Origin: an uncultured virus (IMG/VR IMGVR_UViG_2049941000_000903)
Lineage: Duplodnaviria; Heunggongvirae; Uroviricota; Caudoviricetes
Length of the DNA: 40,775 bases
Virus record (IMG/VR): IMGVR_UViG_2049941000_000903
Strand: one strand, 5' to 3'
Shown here: positions 38,784 through 40,775 of the stretch, piece by piece
How the letters are laid out: each line of letters opens with the position of its first letter
Numbering within the stretch: the first letter of the stretch is position 1
Made by a program: the position numbers and the translations under genes
Notes under the pieces: model-generated
What the model was told of the DNA's origin: nothing
The model's database searches: none
What the model saw: only the letters and a program-made list of their open reading frames with translations

Positions 38784-38817
38784 CAAATATAAAAATTCCT
38801 GCAAACAATCCTGCAAA
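38784..38817 (-). promoter_or_regulatory. Integrase promoter overlapping arm sites
   Basis: Reverse strand TATATTTG (38791-38784), 14 nt before the ATG. The TTTG -33 candidate lies inside the arm repeat at 38814-38817. Confidence 0.6.
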
Positions 38818-38863
38818 CACCAGAAGAATGTGCAGTACAGATTTTATAGTGCATAAAAAAGAA

Positions 38864-38898
38864 GAAACACCTCAATTACATTGTAACAGAGATGTTTC
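38864..38898 (-). terminator. Intrinsic terminator downstream of the tRNA fragment
   Basis: Minus strand GAAACATCTC...GAGGTGTTTC followed by TTCTTTTTT. Confidence 0.6.
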
Positions 38899-38927
38899 AT
38901 TCGCTGACTATCAGCTTGCTATATGTG

Positions 38928-38979
38928 TGCTCCCTTAGGGGCTCGAACCCTAGACACCCTGATTAAGAGTCAGGTGCTC
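38928..38979 (-). tRNA. 3' fragment of tRNA-Lys(CTT), attP core; not a complete tRNA gene
   Basis: GAGC A CCTGA CT CTT AA TCAGG GTGTC TAGGG TTCGAGC CCCTA AGGGAGC A. The 5' acceptor strand and D loop are absent. Confidence 0.88.
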
Positions 38980-39056
38980 ATGATTTATAATAACTTAATA
39001 ATCAAATAACTATAAAGGCAATACTAGTTGCCTGCAAACATTTCTGCAAATTTTGT

Positions 39057-39542
39057 ATGAATTATGATTTGAGAAATAAGGAAGACCGCAAGAGATTCCT
39101 AAGGTATGCCAATATGCTGATGAGACAGCAGAGGTCTAACGTGAAGGTTGTTGATGAGTCAAACAGGACTCTTAACCAGAACAGTTATGCCCATGTCCTC
39201 ATTAGGATTGTAGCGGCATATACAGGAGAAACGGAGTACTATGCCAAGCAGGTGTACTTCAAAGCTCTTGCAAATCCTGGTATCTTCTTCGTTGTAACAA
39301 AGGATTCTGCTACCGGCAAGATTATGAAGATGGTCAGGAGCACAGCCGATCTCAGTATAGATGAGATGAGAAAAGCCATTTCAAACTTTCACTGGTGGGT
39401 ACTTCAGACATTCGATGGACAACTGGTGCTCCCGGAAGCAACGATAGAAGACGACGGAACTGTAACATTCCGCTCCGAAGCAGAGAAGGAAGGTCTTGCA
39501 AAGGCTGATATAGAAGCGTCGAAGGCAGAAATATATATGTGA
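39057..39542 (+). CDS. NinB-like protein
   Basis: RTLNQNSYAHVL, RSTADLSIDEMRKAI and LVLPEA motifs. Confidence 0.65.
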   Translation: MNYDLRNKEDRKRFLRYANMLMRQQRSNVKVVDESNRTLNQNSYAHVLIRIVAAYTGETEYYAKQVYFKALANPGIFFVVTKDSATGKIMKMVRSTADLSIDEMRKAISNFHWWVLQTFDGQLVLPEATIEDDGTVTFRSEAEKEGLAKADIEASKAEIYM

Positions 39543-39543
39543 T

Positions 39544-39705
39544 ATGACACAGAGAGAAAAGAACAAAATAAAAAGAGACATCAGGAATCTCCTGGAAGAC
39601 TCTTACGAAGATGACTGCAATTCCTACGAACTTGAGTTCCGTGACATGCTCGAGAACATTTTGGACAAGTGGGAAGAGATAACATCAGTACATCAGAGGA
39701 AATAG
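39544..39705 (+). CDS. Small hypothetical protein (53 aa)
   Basis: Read manually; followed by a hairpin. Confidence 0.6.
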   Translation: MTQREKNKIKRDIRNLLEDSYEDDCNSYELEFRDMLENILDKWEEITSVHQRK

Positions 39706-39706
39706 A

Positions 39707-39740
39707 TAAGGGGTAACCATCACGGCTACCCCTTACTCTT
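39707..39740 (+). terminator. Putative terminator hairpin
   Basis: TAAGGGGTA...TACCCCTTA followed by CTCTT. Confidence 0.55.
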
Positions 39741-39802
39741 AACACATTAATCTTACACTTATGAATAAAGCTTCCTCCTCGCTACTAAGGTATGTATTAT
39801 TA

Positions 39803-39832
39803 TTGCATATTAAACATTAATAAGTATCTTTG
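39803..39832 (+). promoter_or_regulatory. Bacteroidetes promoter
   Basis: TTG at 39803 and TATCTTTG at 39825-39832. Confidence 0.6.
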
Positions 39833-39860
39833 TTAGTAACACATTATAAAAACACTGACT

Positions 39861-40046
39861 ATGGATAAGGATAAACGTTCTCTGACAATATTTGTTATAA
39901 TACTTGTTGCCCTTCTTATAATAAACCTCAACTACATCATTGAGTTCATTCAGGAAAGAGGCTGGGTTGCAGTACTTATACTCTTCGTAATTGTTCCAGT
40001 TCTGATTCTCATATTCAAATGGCTAAAGAGTGACAACATAATCTAG
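39861..40046 (+). CDS. Two-TM small membrane protein with its own promoter (moron-like)
   Basis: Two hydrophobic helices, AT-rich. Confidence 0.7.
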   Translation: MDKDKRSLTIFVIILVALLIINLNYIIEFIQERGWVAVLILFVIVPVLILIFKWLKSDNII

Positions 40047-40408
40047 CGATTGTTGTTCCTGTAGAAACTAATCAATGATGACGGGTCTTTGAACCTTTGT
40101 ACGTGCTTTGCCATTGATATTATAGGCAGGTTCCAGAAATACTTGTACGCCTTGCTGTGCCCTTTGTAGGGGCCACGTGTGACTTCTTCCATATAAGTAC
40201 CTGGCCACAACAACTTGAGTCCGTTAATGGCATCTCGTATTGGCTCAATAGCTGCGAATGGTGACTCGAGGATATTAAGACCTTCCTTTATCATAAGACC
40301 TGGCATTGTTACAGACTGTGAACCTAACTCATTTCGCAATCTATACAACTGGTACAGTGACATCTGTTCTGCCCAAGACAAGAGCTTATTCTTGTCCTTG
40401 TCGTCATC
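40043..40408 (-). CDS. C-terminus of a probable giant crAss-like ejection/cargo protein
   Basis: DDDKDK...WAEQMSLYQLYRLRNELG...EGLNILESPFAA...GPYKGHSKAYK...FY resembles, from memory, the C-terminus of Crassvirales large ejection proteins. The frame is open to the gap. Confidence 0.65.
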   Translation of the reverse strand, partial: DDDKDKNKLLSWAEQMSLYQLYRLRNELGSQSVTMPGLMIKEGLNILESPFAAIEPIRDAINGLKLLWPGTYMEEVTRGPYKGHSKAYKYFWNLPIISMAKHVQRFKDPSSLISFYRNNNR

Positions 40409-40418
40409 NNNNNNNNNN

Positions 40419-40593
40419 AAAATGTGGGTTCTATTTCACTTGCGTAAACCAAGCAGGAGTCGCACAATGCGTTGGACTACAATATTTCGATACGAATCTA
40501 ATGAAGTGGAGAGACTTTGATGAAGAGGTCAGGGAAGTATTTATTGACTACTGGATGGAGATACCAAAACTACCAAAGGAGGAGGAACAATGA
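40419..40593 (+). CDS. Hypothetical protein, C-terminal fragment ending KEEEQ
   Basis: DYWMEIPKLP ending and ATGA overlap. Confidence 0.6.
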
Positions 40594-40694
40594 TGTGGGA
40601 ATATGTAGGAACGTTGTTCGCGTGTGTGATAGCGTTCTGGCTTGGATTCAAGTTTGGAAGATTAAAGAAACAAAGAGATGATGAGAATAGATAA
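40590..40694 (+). CDS. Small membrane peptide MMWEYVGTL, copy 3
   Basis: Variant of the copies at 2764 and 35181. Confidence 0.7.
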   Translation: MMWEYVGTLFACVIAFWLGFKFGRLKKQRDDENR

Positions 40695-40775
40695 AAGACT
40701 GTTAGAGCCTGAACCATCACACGGGTCTAAGCAACTAACAGAACGCGAGGAGTGGGAAAAGAACGGATGTAGTAA
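40678..40775 (+). CDS. Allele of 35269..35511 (runs off the window)
   Basis: MMRIDKRLLEPEPSHGSKQLTEREEW. Confidence 0.7.
   Translation, partial: MMRIDKRLLEPEPSHGSKQLTEREEWEKNGCS

Larger units (their letters stand above)
38798..39052. mobile_element. attP site: tRNA-derived core flanked by arm-type repeats
   Basis: CCTGCAAACA at 38798, 38810 and 39031, and TCTGCAAA at 39043 (12-nt period on both sides). IHF-like ATCAAATAACTA at 39001. Confidence 0.8.

Noticed and set aside
38928..38979. Functional phage tRNA-Lys gene
   Set aside because: The 5' acceptor strand and D loop are missing; it is explained as the attP core.
1..40775. Stop-codon reassignment as in some crAss-like phages
   Set aside because: Long genes are uninterrupted in the standard code, and TAG and TGA end genes at positions abutting the next start.

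Overview
The window is phage DNA from Bacteroidetes hosts (TAnnTTTG promoters, Bacteroidetes-type integrases). It is not one contiguous genome: it is a scaffold of about 21 contigs joined by 19 ten-N spacers and one 573-N gap. Several genes are split, out of order or present as two alleles, so ORF-track entries that cross N runs are artefacts. Two phage lineages appear interleaved. (1) A siphovirus-like phage supplies a minus-strand tail and lysis module at 5.8-19.8 kb (tape-measure end, Dit-like, large tail protein, fibre and BACON-like proteins, holin candidates, M15 endolysin). It also supplies an HNH plus tyrosine recombinase pair and probably the replication/recombination genes at 22.9-26 and 28.7-32.5 kb. 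(2) A crAss-like (Crassvirales-type) phage supplies a MoxR-type AAA ATPase, a PD-(D/E)XK nuclease, a retropepsin, a family A DNA polymerase and the C-terminus of a giant ejection-type protein. Most notable observations: (a) an integrase with an intact attP (3' 52 nt of tRNA-Lys(CTT) flanked on both sides by CCTGCAAACA arm repeats) on the same gap-free contig as the crAss-like ejection gene, suggesting a temperate crAss-like phage; (b) arrays of small genes joined by recurring DNA linkers, plus a modular protein family with identical DNA anchors around swapped segments, apparently shared by both phages; (c) a family of intergenic long-stem RNAs with variable loops, and a tRNA-like scaffold whose anticodon arm is replaced by a sequence antisense to a Bacteroidetes-type start codon; (d) divergent tail-protein alleles that switch at a collagen-like anchor. 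All family assignments come from motif recognition by eye; no database search was run.
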